NCBI GenBank assembly: GCA_963828255.1
Contig: CAWHDZ010000007.1
Location: 192,001 to 256,000 of the forward strand
Source of the DNA: an uncultured delta proteobacterium
Lineage (GTDB): Bacteria > Myxococcota > Myxococcia > Myxococcales > Anaeromyxobacteraceae
Length of the DNA stretch: 64,000 nucleotides
Direction: 5' to 3'
Below the pieces are notes generated by a model. That model worked only from the letters and a program-made list of their open reading frames with translations. It did no database searches and was not told the DNA's origin. Made by a program: the position numbers and the translations under genes. Each line of letters opens with the position of its first letter. The stretch's first letter is position 1. This document shows positions 8,961 through 19,400 of the stretch, piece after piece.

Positions 8961-10985
8961 ATGGCGGCGAAGGCGTCCAGGGTGACGAAGGGGGCGAAGT
9001 CCGTGAGGCCCGCGAGGTCCGTGAACACGGACCGGGGCGGGAGGCAGCTCGAGCTGGTGCCGGTGGAGAGGCAGGCGGCGGAGGCGCCCGCGCGGCCGCC
9101 CGTCCCGTCTCCCGCTCCCGAGCCGGCCGAGGTAGAGGCGCCCGAGTCGCGCCGTCCCAAGCGCCGCGCCACGGCCGAGGAGATGGCCACCCGCCAGCGC
9201 GAGATCTCCATCTCCGAGTTCTTCACCAAGAACCGCCACCTGCTCGGATTCGACAACCCGTCCAAGGCGCTCCTCACCACCATCAAGGAGGCGGTCGACA
9301 ACTCGCTCGACGCCTGCGAGGAGGCGGGCATCCTCCCCGAGATCACCATCGGGGTCCGTGACCTGGGCTTCGAGGCCTCCGGCGAGCTCACCAAGGGTGA
9401 AGGGCGCTTCGTGGTGTCGGTGGAGGACAACGGGCCGGGCATCGTCAAGGCCCAGGCCCCCAAGATCTTCGGAAAGCTGCTCTACGGCTCCAAGTTCCAC
9501 CGGCTCAAGCAGTCGCGCGGGCAGCAGGGCATCGGCATCAGCGCCGCCGCCATGTACGGCCAGCTCACCACCGGCCAGCCCATCCGCGTGGTCTCCCGCA
9601 CCGGGAAGGGCAAGCCCACCCACAGCTTCGACATCCAGATCGACACCCGCAAGAACAGCCCGGTGGTGACCCGCGACGAGACCCTCGACGACTGGCACCA
9701 GGATCACGGCACCCGGGTGGATCTCGAGATCGTCGCCAACTGGCAGTCCGGCCAGAAGTTCGTGAACCGCTACGTCGAGCACACCTCGCTCGCCAACCCC
9801 CACTGCACGGTCCACTACCTGCGCCCCAAGCAGGCCCGGCTCTCCTTCCCGCGGGCCACTTCCGAGCTGCCCAAGGAGGCGCTGGAGATCCGTCCCCACC
9901 CGCACGGCGTCGAGCTGGGCGCCCTCATGACCATTGCGGGGGACTCGAAGAGCCACGACGTGAAGGGGTTCCTCCAGACCTCGTTCAGCCGGGTCTCGGC
10001 GCAGGTGGCAGGCGAGATCCTCCGGAACGCGGGCTTGCGCGAGCGCATGCGCCCGCGCGAGATCGCCGGGGACCGCGACCTGGCCGAGAAGCTCCACAAG
10101 GGCATCCAGGGGACGAAGATCATGGCCCCCCCGGTGAACTGCCTCTCCCCCATCGGCGACGCTCTGATGCGGCAGGGGCTGGTCTCCTTCCTCTCGGTGA
10201 TCGAGACCGAGGGTCCGGACGGCGAGGACGGGCAGCTCGACCTCGACCAGGCCGGGAAGACCAAGGGCAAGAAGGGCAAGGCCAGGCCCGCTCCCGCGCC
10301 CGCGCCCGATCCGGCCGAGGTCGAGGCCGAGGAGGGGGTCGAGAAGATCAAGGGGCACGACTACTTCATCGCCACCGTCACCCGCCCGCCCCGGGTCTAC
10401 CGCGGAAACCCCTTCCAGGTGGAGGTGGGGCTGGCCCACGGAGGGAGCTGGCCCGCCGACAGGCCGGTCGAGCTCTTCCGCTTCGCCAACCGCGTGCCGC
10501 TCCTCTTCCAGCGCGGCGCCTGCGGGATCACCGAGGCGGTGGTGAAGACCGACTGGCGGAACTACCTGCTCTCGCAGCCCAAGGGCTCCCTGCCGGTCGG
10601 CCCCATGGCGCTCCTCGTGCACATCGCCTCGGTGTGGGTGCCGTTCACCAGCGAGTCGAAGGAGGCGGTGGCCCCGTACCCGGAGATCATCCGGGAGATC
10701 CAGCTGGCCGCGCAGGAGTGCGGCCGCAAGCTGGCCGCCCACATCCGCAAGCGGCAGCACCTCGACTACCAGGCCCAGCGCCGCTCCATCTTCGAGCTCT
10801 ACATCCACGAGGTGGCGCAGGCCATCGGCAAGATCGTGGGCCGGAGCCCCGACCCCATCCGCCGCGAGTTCATGCGGGTGGCCGAGAAGGTGACCGAGGC
10901 CGACCTCGCGTCCCAGGACGCGAAGCTCGAGGAGGCGGCCGAGAAGACGGCGAGGCGCCCGCGGCGCTCAGAGGAGGACGAGTAG
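8961..10985 (+). CDS. top6B: DNA topoisomerase VI subunit B
   Basis: REISISEFF, GHKL motifs (KEAVDNSLDA, DNGPGI, SRGQQGIG), RFANRVPLL, VPFTSESKEA. Confidence 0.95.
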   Translation: MAAKASRVTKGAKSVRPARSVNTDRGGRQLELVPVERQAAEAPARPPVPSPAPEPAEVEAPESRRPKRRATAEEMATRQREISISEFFTKNRHLLGFDNPSKALLTTIKEAVDNSLDACEEAGILPEITIGVRDLGFEASGELTKGEGRFVVSVEDNGPGIVKAQAPKIFGKLLYGSKFHRLKQSRGQQGIGISAAAMYGQLTTGQPIRVVSRTGKGKPTHSFDIQIDTRKNSPVVTRDETLDDWHQDHGTRVDLEIVANWQSGQKFVNRYVEHTSLANPHCTVHYLRPKQARLSFPRATSELPKEALEIRPHPHGVELGALMTIAGDSKSHDVKGFLQTSFSRVSAQVAGEILRNAGLRERMRPREIAGDRDLAEKLHKGIQGTKIMAPPVNCLSPIGDALMRQGLVSFLSVIETEGPDGEDGQLDLDQAGKTKGKKGKARPAPAPAPDPAEVEAEEGVEKIKGHDYFIATVTRPPRVYRGNPFQVEVGLAHGGSWPADRPVELFRFANRVPLLFQRGACGITEAVVKTDWRNYLLSQPKGSLPVGPMALLVHIASVWVPFTSESKEAVAPYPEIIREIQLAAQECGRKLAAHIRKRQHLDYQAQRRSIFELYIHEVAQAIGKIVGRSPDPIRREFMRVAEKVTEADLASQDAKLEEAAEKTARRPRRSEEDE

Positions 10986-10987
10986 CC

Positions 10988-12091
10988 ATGGCGCGCATGG
11001 ACGCGGTGTCGAAGAGGACGGTGGGAAAGATCGAGAAGCTGGCCGAGTCGGTGATCCGGGCCGTGAAGGGGGGCGGCAACCCCTTCGTCGAGATCCCGGT
11101 GCGCAGCCTGGCCAACGTGCGCTTCAACGAGAAGAAGCGGGTGGTGGAGCTGGGGAACCAGCGGCAGAAGCGCTACTTCTTCAACGTCTCGATGGCCAAG
11201 AAGTTCATGCAGACCTTCCTGGTCTCCGACGCCTGCAAGGAGCTCATCGAGTCCGGGAAGACCACCAGCATCCGCGACCTCTACTACATCACCAAGCACT
11301 CCATCGGCGACACCAGGCAGAACACCTTCGAGGAGCAGGACGAGTCCGACCCCATCATCGAGGACATCGAGGTGGCCCTCGACGCGCTGCGCGAGGAGCT
11401 TCACCTCTTCGCCTCCCGCAAGGGCACCATGGTGGGGCCCATCACCATCCGCGACTCGGGCGACACCATCGACCTGCGCCGCATGGGGTCGGGCGGCTGG
11501 GGCGTTCCCTCGATCGTCGAGGAGAACGTCATCCAGTTCGGCCGCCACGAGGCGAAGTACGTCCTGCTGGTGGAGAAGGACGCGGTCTGGAGCCGCTTCA
11601 ACGAGGACAAGTTCTGGAAGCGGCAGGACGCCGTCATCATCCACGGGGGAGGGCAGCCGCCCCGCGGGGTGCGCCGCCTGGTGCAGCGGCTCCACCGCGA
11701 GCTCGGACTCCCGGTGTACGTCCTGGTCGACAACGACCCCTGGGGCTTCTACATCTACTCGGTGGTGAAGCAGGGGTCGATCAACCTGGCCTTCGAGTCC
11801 ATGCGCATGGCGGTGCCCGACGCCCGCTTCATCGGGCTGTCGTCCTTCGACAAGGTCACCTACAAGCTCCCCTCCAACGTGGCCATCAAGATGGACGACG
11901 GCGACGTGGCCCGGGCCAGGCAGATGCTCGCCTACCCCTGGTTCCAGCAGAAGCAGTGGCAGCGCGAGATCCAGGAGATGGTGAAGTCGGGCGTGAAGTA
12001 CGAGCTCGAGGCCCTTTCGCGCCGCGGCATCTCCTTCATCACCGAGGAGTACCTGCCCACCAAGCTGAAGGAGAAGGACTGGATCACCTGA
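10988..12091 (+). CDS. top6A: DNA topoisomerase VI subunit A (Spo11-like)
   Basis: RDLYY catalytic Tyr, QDESDPIIEDIE, Toprim VEKD and DNDPWG, ELEAL; starts 2 nt after the top6B stop. Confidence 0.95.
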   Translation: MARMDAVSKRTVGKIEKLAESVIRAVKGGGNPFVEIPVRSLANVRFNEKKRVVELGNQRQKRYFFNVSMAKKFMQTFLVSDACKELIESGKTTSIRDLYYITKHSIGDTRQNTFEEQDESDPIIEDIEVALDALREELHLFASRKGTMVGPITIRDSGDTIDLRRMGSGGWGVPSIVEENVIQFGRHEAKYVLLVEKDAVWSRFNEDKFWKRQDAVIIHGGGQPPRGVRRLVQRLHRELGLPVYVLVDNDPWGFYIYSVVKQGSINLAFESMRMAVPDARFIGLSSFDKVTYKLPSNVAIKMDDGDVARARQMLAYPWFQQKQWQREIQEMVKSGVKYELEALSRRGISFITEEYLPTKLKEKDWIT

Positions 12092-12107
12092 GGACGAGCC
12101 GCCCGGG

Positions 12108-12135
12108 TTGACGTCCCGGCCGCGCCGAATAGACT
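12108..12135 (+). promoter_or_regulatory. Sigma70-type promoter for the small basic protein
   Basis: TTGACG-N16-TAGACT, followed by an AAAGGAG RBS. Confidence 0.55.
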
Positions 12136-12157
12136 GCCGCCCCACAAAGGAGCAACG

Positions 12158-12289
12158 ATGGCGAATCTCCGCTCGAATCGATCGAAGAAGAAGGTGAAGA
12201 ACCGCAGCAAGGTGAAGCGCACGGCCGCCAAGCGCGCAGGCGTGCTTTCCAAGAAGCGCAAGCGCAGGGCCAAGAAGTCTCCCCGCTAG
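12158..12289 (+). CDS. Small very basic protein (43 aa)
   Basis: MANLRSNRSKKKVKNRSKVKRTAAKRAGVLSKKRKRRAKKSPR; strong RBS; GC3-biased codons; shorter than any ORF in the track. Confidence 0.75.
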   Translation: MANLRSNRSKKKVKNRSKVKRTAAKRAGVLSKKRKRRAKKSPR

Positions 12290-12319
12290 GGGCTGGCCGT
12301 TCCCGGCCGCCGGGCGCGG

Positions 12320-13141
12320 TCAGCGCGCCTGGCGCGCCGGCGCCGGGTCGCCGAAGTAGGGCGCGCTCCGGTCCATCCAGCGATCGAGGTGGGATGCCTC
12401 GGCGGGCGACAGGCTGCGCCGCGCGATGGCCAGGAGGTCCTGCCGAACCGACGCGACGCTGGCGTCGTGGCCGTCGCGGGTGAGGGTGCCTTCCACAAGC
12501 CGGTAGCGCAGGAAGAGCAGCCAGGTCTGCACCACGTCGGTCATGCAGTAGGCGGCGATCCGGTCGAGGGCGCCCGCCGCATAGAGGGCGTGTACGTCGG
12601 GGCCCGCCACCTCGCCCTTTCCGGGCAACCCCACCAGCTTGGCGTAGAGGTCGAGCGGGGCCGCCGGCGAGGCCCGGCCGTTGGAGAGAAGCTCGATGAG
12701 GTCGAGGTGGTCCTCGGCCCCCTCGGCACGGGCTCCCTGGAACCAGCGCGGCGCCGCGACCCCCAGCTTGAGCGAGCGCATCTCCAGCACCGGCATGTCG
12801 AAGCCCCGGCCGTGGAAGGACACCAGGGTGCGGCCGGCGATGCGTTGCCAGGTGCGGCGCAGGAAGGCGGCCTCGTCTCCGGCGCGGTCGGTCCAGGTGC
12901 TGGCGTCCACCACGCGGATCACGCCGTCGCGCTCCTCGGCCTCGACGGTGCAGGCCACCACCGGGCGGTGGTAGGGAATGGGCAGGAAGTCGGTTCGGCC
13001 GCCGCTCCGGGAGCGCCGCTCGTCGAGCAGGCGGCGGAGCTTCTCGGGGTAGGGGCGCGCCGGCTCGCCATCGACGGCCGAGACGAGCTCCTCGTCGGGC
13101 ACGGTCTCGAGGTCGAGGGCGACGTATCTCCTTGGCGTCAC
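12320..13141 (-). CDS. PolB-related 3'-5' exonuclease (DEDD)
   Basis: ExoI ALDLETVPD, ExoII FHGRGFD, HLDL, ExoIII YCMTDV; GTG start taken at 13141. Confidence 0.8.
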   Translation of the reverse strand: MTPRRYVALDLETVPDEELVSAVDGEPARPYPEKLRRLLDERRSRSGGRTDFLPIPYHRPVVACTVEAEERDGVIRVVDASTWTDRAGDEAAFLRRTWQRIAGRTLVSFHGRGFDMPVLEMRSLKLGVAAPRWFQGARAEGAEDHLDLIELLSNGRASPAAPLDLYAKLVGLPGKGEVAGPDVHALYAAGALDRIAAYCMTDVVQTWLLFLRYRLVEGTLTRDGHDASVASVRQDLLAIARRSLSPAEASHLDRWMDRSAPYFGDPAPARQAR

Positions 13142-13529
13142 GGGCGGGAGACTACGGGGCGGGTCTGACACCCCACGGCGAGCCGCAGCGCGGCGAGCAA
13201 GCACCTCCGACGAGCACTCCCCCGTCACCGGACGTGCCCCACCGCCCGCACGTCGAGCCCACCCGATGGTCAGCGCCGCGGACCATCGGTCATGTGGTTC
13301 GCTGCGCAGAAACGGGCTCGAAAGTTCTCGAAAGTGCTTGACACATTTCGCGACGATTTCACGTTCCGCGAACAGGTTGCGCGCGGAAGGGGCCTGCCGC
13401 CGCCGCATCTCGCCGTGCGGCGACGCGCGGCGTTCCGGGCGAGGTTCGAGATCTCCGCACGGAAAGGCGCGTGCCCGGGCTTCCTCGCGCGCTTGGCGAG
13501 GCCGAAATTTCCCGTGAGACAGTGGAGCC

Positions 13530-14594
13530 ATGAACGACACGAACCTGGTCCAGGCCCGCGAATCCTCCCGCCACCTCGCCGACCTTCTCCGCCGCGAGCA
13601 CGTGGCCCTTGCAGAGTTCCTCGTCGCCCTCTCGGAGTTCGACCGGACGGGGGCGTACCGGAGGCTCGGCTTCGCGAATCTCTTCGACTACTTGCTCCAA
13701 GAGTTGAAGGTGTCCCGGGGAGCGGCCCACTACCGGAAGGTGGCGGCCCGCCTCGTCGCCCGGTTCCCCGAGGTCGTGGAACCGCTGCGGGACGGGCGGT
13801 TGTGTCTGACCAGCATCGTCCAACTGGCGAAGGTCATGACCGAGGCAAACCGGGCCGAGGTGCTGCCGAAGTTCTTCCACTGCTCGAAGCAGGAGGCGAA
13901 GCAGGTGGCGGTGGAAGTCATGCCGGCGGCGGTGGTGCCGAGGAGGACGGTCGTCACCGAGATCCCGCCCCCAGTGAAATCAATGAGTTGGCCAGTTCAT
14001 CCGGGTGAACTTTCGGCGACTGCGCCGGAGTGTGCGCCCGTACCAGCGCGGGAACCGGCGAGGACCGTCGTCGAGCCGCTCACCTCCACGATGAGCCGGC
14101 TCCACCTCACCGTGTCCAGGGTGTTCGTGGGGAAGCTCAGGAAGGCCAGGGCCGGCCAGTCGCACGTCCAGCCCGGCGCGGAGGACGAGCAGGTGCTGGA
14201 GGCGGCGCTCGACCTCTTGCTCGCCCAGCAGGAGAAGCGGCGGGCCTGCGTTCCGCCCAGGGTGAAGCGGGAGGTCCGCAAGCGGGATGAGGGCAAGTGC
14301 CAGTGGAAGCTCGATTCGGGTGGGGTCTGCGGGTCGGAGGTGAGGCTGGAGATCGACCACGTGGTGCCACGCGGGAAGGGAGGTCCCTCCACGGTGGAGA
14401 ACTGCAGGATCCTCTGCGACGTCGCACAACCTGGAAGCCGCGCGCCAGGTCTACGGCGACGCGCACATGGACCTGTTCACCCGGGGAGGGCCCCCGGGCG
14501 GCGCACCGCTGGCGAGGGAGGAGGTCGCGCCATACGGGGCGCGGCCACGACCGCCACGGCTCCCCGGGCTCCGGCCGCCGCCTCGTGCCCATGA
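13530..14594 (+). pseudogene. DUF222-like/HNH endonuclease gene with a +1 frameshift at about 14423
   Basis: RDEGKCQW...CGS...LEIDHVVPRGKGGPSTVENCRILCDV; the HN-LEAARQVYGDAHMD continuation is in the next frame. True end uncertain. Confidence 0.7.
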
Positions 14595-14636
14595 GGGGTC
14601 TATCCGCGGACGGCGTCGCGGTGTCTTGAATGCCGG

Positions 14637-14996
14637 ATGGAACTCGTCCTCCGGCTTCTCGTCAACGCCGCCGCCCTCTGGGTGGCGGTGCGCATCGTCT
14701 CCGGCATCACCTACCAGGGAGGCTGGGCTGGCTTCCTGGGCGTGGCCCTCGTCTTCGCCCTGGTGAACGCCGTCGTGAAGCCTGTGCTCACCTTCTTCTC
14801 GATCCCGTTCATCCTGCTCACGCTGGGATTGTTCTTCTTCGTGGTGAACGCCCTCGCCCTCTGGATCACCTCGGGGCTCTCCGGGGCGCTCGGCCTCGGG
14901 TTCAAGGTGAACGGATTCGGGGCGGCCTTCCTCGGTGCGCTGGTGGTGAGCCTCGTGAACCTGGTCCTCTCCTGGTTCGCGGGGCGCCCGGGCTGA
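14637..14996 (+). CDS. 4-TM phage holin family (YvlD-like) membrane protein
   Basis: LLVNAAALWV...LVNAVVKPVL...PFILLTLGLFFFVVNA...GFGAAFLGALVVS. Confidence 0.85.
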   Translation: MELVLRLLVNAAALWVAVRIVSGITYQGGWAGFLGVALVFALVNAVVKPVLTFFSIPFILLTLGLFFFVVNALALWITSGLSGALGLGFKVNGFGAAFLGALVVSLVNLVLSWFAGRPG

Positions 14997-15032
14997 AGGG
15001 TCCGCGGCCCGCCCGCCCGGCCGTTCGCCGCC

Positions 15033-16139
15033 TCAGCGCGGGAAGCTGCGCGGTGCCACGTCCAGGAAGCCCTCGCCGTCGAGCGCCTCCAGGAAGGCGA
15101 CCAGGGCATCCACCTGCCCGTCCGTGAGGTGGAGCGGCTTCATCTCCGGAGACAGCCAGGGGTTGCCGACGCCTCCCCGATCGTAGAGCAGCACCACCTC
15201 GCGCAGCGTGGCGACCGACCCGTCGTGCATGTAGGGAGCCCGGCGCGAGACGTCGCGGAGCGTGGGGGTCTTGAAGGCTCCGGTGTCGGCCGCCTTTCCG
15301 GTCACCTTGGACCGTCCCGGATCGGCGAAGCCCGAGGCGGGATCGGCGCCGGTCGGGGGCTGCCGCCACCCCACGCCCAGGTTGTGGAACCGGGAGTCGG
15401 TCAGGTTCGCACCCAGGTGGCACTGGTTGCAGGCGGCCTTCCCGAAGAAGAGCCGGAAGCCCGCCTTCTGCCTCTCGTCGAGCGCCTTCGGGTCGCCCGC
15501 GTCCCAGCGGTCGTAGGCCGAGTTCCCCGACATGCGGGTGGCCTCGTAGGAGGCGATGGCCTCGGCGACGCGGTCCACGTCGATCCGGTCGTCGCCGAAG
15601 GCCTCGGCGAAGTAGCTCCGGTACCCCCGGATGGCGCGGACGGCCGACTCCACGCTGGCGTGGGTCATCCCCATCTCGATCGGGTTCGCCATGGGACCCT
15701 TGGCCTGCTCGACGAGCGAACCCGCCCGGCCGTCCCAGAACCAGACCGGGTAGATGGGGAAGGCGGCGTTGAGCACCGGCGGCGCCTTGCGGTTCCCCTT
15801 CTGCCCTCCCACCCCGGTGGACACCGGGTCCCGCTCGCTGAAGCCGGTCTCCGGCTCGTGGCAGGAGGCGCAGGAGACCGTGCCGTCCTTCGAGAGGCGC
15901 GGGTCGTAGAAGAGCCAGCGCCCCAGCCGCACCTTCTCCGGGGTGACCCGCGGGGTGGTGAGGTCGGAGAGCTCGGCGGCCACGCCCAGCGGCGCGGCGG
16001 GGAGCGGCCGCACCGGGTTCTCGACCTCCCAGTCGGGGGTGGCCGGCGGAGCCAGCGCGGTGCGCGCCGTCTCCTGGGTCGAGCAAGATGCGGCGAGGAG
16101 GAGGGCGGGAAGGGCGAGGGTGGCTTGGACGGGGCGCAC
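15033..16139 (-). CDS. Di-heme cytochrome c peroxidase (bCcP/MauG family), lipoprotein
   Basis: LFYDPRLS, CASCH, FWDGRA, CNQCH, FKTPTLR, APYMHDGS; lipobox AASC. Confidence 0.9.
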   Translation of the reverse strand: MRPVQATLALPALLLAASCSTQETARTALAPPATPDWEVENPVRPLPAAPLGVAAELSDLTTPRVTPEKVRLGRWLFYDPRLSKDGTVSCASCHEPETGFSERDPVSTGVGGQKGNRKAPPVLNAAFPIYPVWFWDGRAGSLVEQAKGPMANPIEMGMTHASVESAVRAIRGYRSYFAEAFGDDRIDVDRVAEAIASYEATRMSGNSAYDRWDAGDPKALDERQKAGFRLFFGKAACNQCHLGANLTDSRFHNLGVGWRQPPTGADPASGFADPGRSKVTGKAADTGAFKTPTLRDVSRRAPYMHDGSVATLREVVLLYDRGGVGNPWLSPEMKPLHLTDGQVDALVAFLEALDGEGFLDVAPRSFPR

Positions 16140-16225
16140 GGGACGGCTCCGGATTCTGGGCGCCTCGGAACCCTTCCCGGGCGCCCGGGCTCCAACCTCC
16201 GTATCATCTGGAAGGGAGCGTGGGA

Positions 16226-16459
16226 ATGGACGTCACCGGCATCTGGAAGCGGCTCTGGAAGTCCCCCTGGCGGGCGGCGCTCTTCGCGGGCGTGGGCGCG
16301 CTCGTGGGGATCGCCTACTACGAGCTCATCGGCTGCCGCTCCGGCGGAACCTGCGCCATCACCTCGTCGGCCTGGCGCAGCGCCGCCTACTTCGGCCTGG
16401 TGGCCGCGGTGGTGGGGTTCCCCGGCCGGGCGCCCGAGAAGCGCCCCGACCAGGGATGA
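16226..16459 (+). CDS. Small membrane protein with a C-x4-C-like motif (DUF6132-like)
   Basis: GALVGIAYYELIGCRSGGTCAITSS between two hydrophobic helices; GGGAG RBS. Confidence 0.65.
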   Translation: MDVTGIWKRLWKSPWRAALFAGVGALVGIAYYELIGCRSGGTCAITSSAWRSAAYFGLVAAVVGFPGRAPEKRPDQG

Positions 16460-16484
16460 CGCCGCACCCTCCGGGGTGAGCCGG

Positions 16485-19400
16485 CTACCACCTCTCCGAT
16501 CCGTGGCAGCTGTTGGCGCACGTCCGGGTCTGACCGGTCGTGCAGCCCACGAGCGACGCGACGTTGTTGCACCTGTAGCCGGCCTGCGTTCCCAGGTCCG
16601 TCCTGGTGTTGTTGTGGAAGGGCGCGACCGTGGCCGCGCTGGTGAAGCCCGTCGGGTGGCACTTGTCGCAGCGCAGGTTCCTGTGGTCGCTGATGGTGTG
16701 CTTGCCCGTGGTGGGTGGGTCGCCGTGGCAGCCGGTGCAGCCTCCGCCGTCGGCCTTCCCGTTCACGTGGCCGCCGCCCTGCTTGATGGTGCCGTTGGCG
16801 TTCACCGACTGCGGGTGACACTGGAAGCAGCTCACCGCGGTGGGCGTCCCGGTGTAGGTGGGGTGGCCGGTGGGCGGCATGGCGTGGCAGGCCGTGCAGG
16901 CGAGGGGCGCCGTGCTCGACCAGACCGCTGTGGCGTTCGATCCCGACACCACGCCGAGCTTGAAGTTGCCGTGGCAGTAGGTGGCCGAGCAGCCGGCCGT
17001 CACCGGGTCGAACGTGGGAGCCGCACCCCCGGTCCTCGCCTGCGTCCCGAAGACCACCGGGGACGGTGGCGGAGCGGTGGCGTGGGCCGAGTCGGTCGGC
17101 ACCGGGTGGCATCCCGAGCAGGCGATGGGCGGCATGAGGTAGCTCGCCGTCGTGGGGTTCGCGTGGCCCGTGTGGGCTCCCACCGCGTAGGACGGGGCGC
17201 CGGCCGGAGCGACCGGAGGGGCGGCGGCGAGATTCAAGTCGGTGCCGGCGAGGTTGCCCTTGCGGGCCGCGTCGCCGTGGCAGGTGGTGCACCCCACCGC
17301 CGAGGTGTCGTTCAGCCCGTTCAGGTGGCCGCGGGCGGTCAGGTTCATGGTGCCGTTCGCGTTCACGGCCCTGGGGTGGCAGATGGCGCAGGAGGCTGCG
17401 GTGACGGGCGCCACGACCGCCACGTGGCCGGTCGGGGGCATGCCGTGGCAGGAGGTGCAGGTCATCGCGGCGGTGCTGGTCCAGGTGGGCGTGGCGTTCC
17501 CGCCGGTGACGGCGCCGAAGGCGAAGTTGCCGTGGCAGTAGGTTGCCGCGCACCCCAGGGTTCCCGCGGTGAAGGTGGGGGCCGCGCCGCCGGTCCGGGC
17601 CAGCGCCCCGAAGACCACCTTCTGCGCCGGGGGGCTGGTGGCGTGGGTCGAGTTCCCGGGTACCACGTGGCATTCCGAGCAGGAGATCGGTCCCATGAGC
17701 GCGGTGGCCGCGGTGGGGTTCAAGTGTCCCAGGTGTGCGCCGACGACGGTGGAGGACGCGTTGGGCGGCGCAACGGGGGGGGCCGAGGTCAAGTGGATGT
17801 CCACGCCGGCCAGGTTGCCCGTGCGGGTGGCGTCGCCGTGGCAACTCGTGCAGCCCATCGGAGAGGTGTCGGCAAGCCCGTTCAGGTGCCCCCTGTCCAC
17901 GAGGTTCAGCGAACCGTTGGCGTTGAAGGCCTTCGGGTGACAGCCCGCGCAGGAAGCGGAGGTGGCCGGCGCCGAGACCGGGACGTGATCCGGCGGCGGC
18001 ATCCCGTGGCAGGAGGTGCAGGTGAGCGCGGCCGTGCTGGTCCAGAGCGGCGTGGCGTTGTCCCCGGCGATGCCGTTGTAGGAGAAGTTGCCGTGGCAGT
18101 ACGACGCGGAGCAACCGGTCGAGCCCGAGCTCCAGAAGGGAACCGCGCCGCCGGTCCTCGAGAGCGCGCCGAAGGTCACCCTCTGTGCGGGTGGCCGGGT
18201 GGCGTGCCCCGCGTCGGCCGGGACCACGTGGCACTCGGCGCAGGCGATGGGGGACCTGACGGCGGTGGCGGTGGCCGGGTTCACGTGGCCGAGGTGCGCA
18301 CCCTCCGCGTAGGCGGGGGCTCCAGGCGGTGCGCTGGGCGGGGCAGACGCAAGGTGAAGGTCGGCCCCGGCCAGGTTGCCCTTCCGCGTGGAGTCGCCGT
18401 GGCAGTCGGTGCACCCCAGCGACACGGTGTCGGACCTGCCGTTCAGGTGTCCCCAGTCCACCCTGTTGATGGTCCCGTCGGCGTTCACCGCCGAGGGATG
18501 GCACCTCGCGCAGGAGGCGGCGTTGACCGGCGCGGCGACCGCCAGGTGGCCGGCGGGGGGCATGGCGTGGCAGGAGGTGCAGGAGAGCGCGGTGGTGCTG
18601 GTCCAGATCGCGATCGCCGCGGATCCGGTCACCCCGTTGAAGTTGAAGCTGCCGTGGCAGTAGGAGGTCGAGCACCCGGCCGAGGCCTCGTTCCAGGCCG
18701 GCCGCGCCCCTCCCGACCTGGCGAGCGGGCCGAAGGTGACGCCCTGCGCCGGCGGGTAGGTGGCGTGGACCGTGTCCACGGGCACCGGGTGACATTCGGC
18801 GCAACCGATGGGGCGCATCAACGCCGTCGCGGCCACCGGGTTCACGTGCCCGGCGTGGGCGCCGACGGCGAAGGCGGGCGCGCCGGGGGGCGCCGCCGGG
18901 GGAGCCGAGCCGAGGTTCACGTCGGTGCCCGGGAGGTTGCCCGTCCGCGTGTCGTCACCGTGGCACGAGGTGCAGCCCAGGGCGGTCACGTCGGCCTTGC
19001 CGTTCAGGTGGCCCCGGTCGGCCAGGTTGATCGACCCGTCGGCGTTGACCGCCGCGGGGTGGCAACTGGCGCAGGAGGCGGCGACGACCGGCGCGGCGAC
19101 GGCCAGGTGGCCCACGGGCGGCATCTCGTGGCAGGAGGTGCAGGTCATCGGGGTGGTGTCGGTCCAGACCGGCGTCGTGCTCGTCCCGGAGACCGCGTTG
19201 AAGCTGAAGTTCCCGTGGCAGTACGAGGCCGCGCAGCCCGCGCTGCCGGCCACGAAGGTGGGCGTGGCGCCGCCTGCGGTGGCGATGGGTCCGAAGACGA
19301 CCCGGGCGAGCGGCGGGGTCGAGGCGTGCGCGGAGTCGGCGGGCACGACGTGGCACTCGGCGCAGGCGATGGGCCCCATGATGGCCCTGAAGTCGACCGG

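Noticed and set aside
12320..13540. 406-aa version of the exonuclease
   Set aside because: The N-terminal extension is non-homologous read-through of intergenic DNA; the domain begins near 13141.
14637..14996. Holin plus HNH as a sign of a prophage
   Set aside because: This holin family is commonly chromosomal, and no phage structural or lysis genes are nearby.
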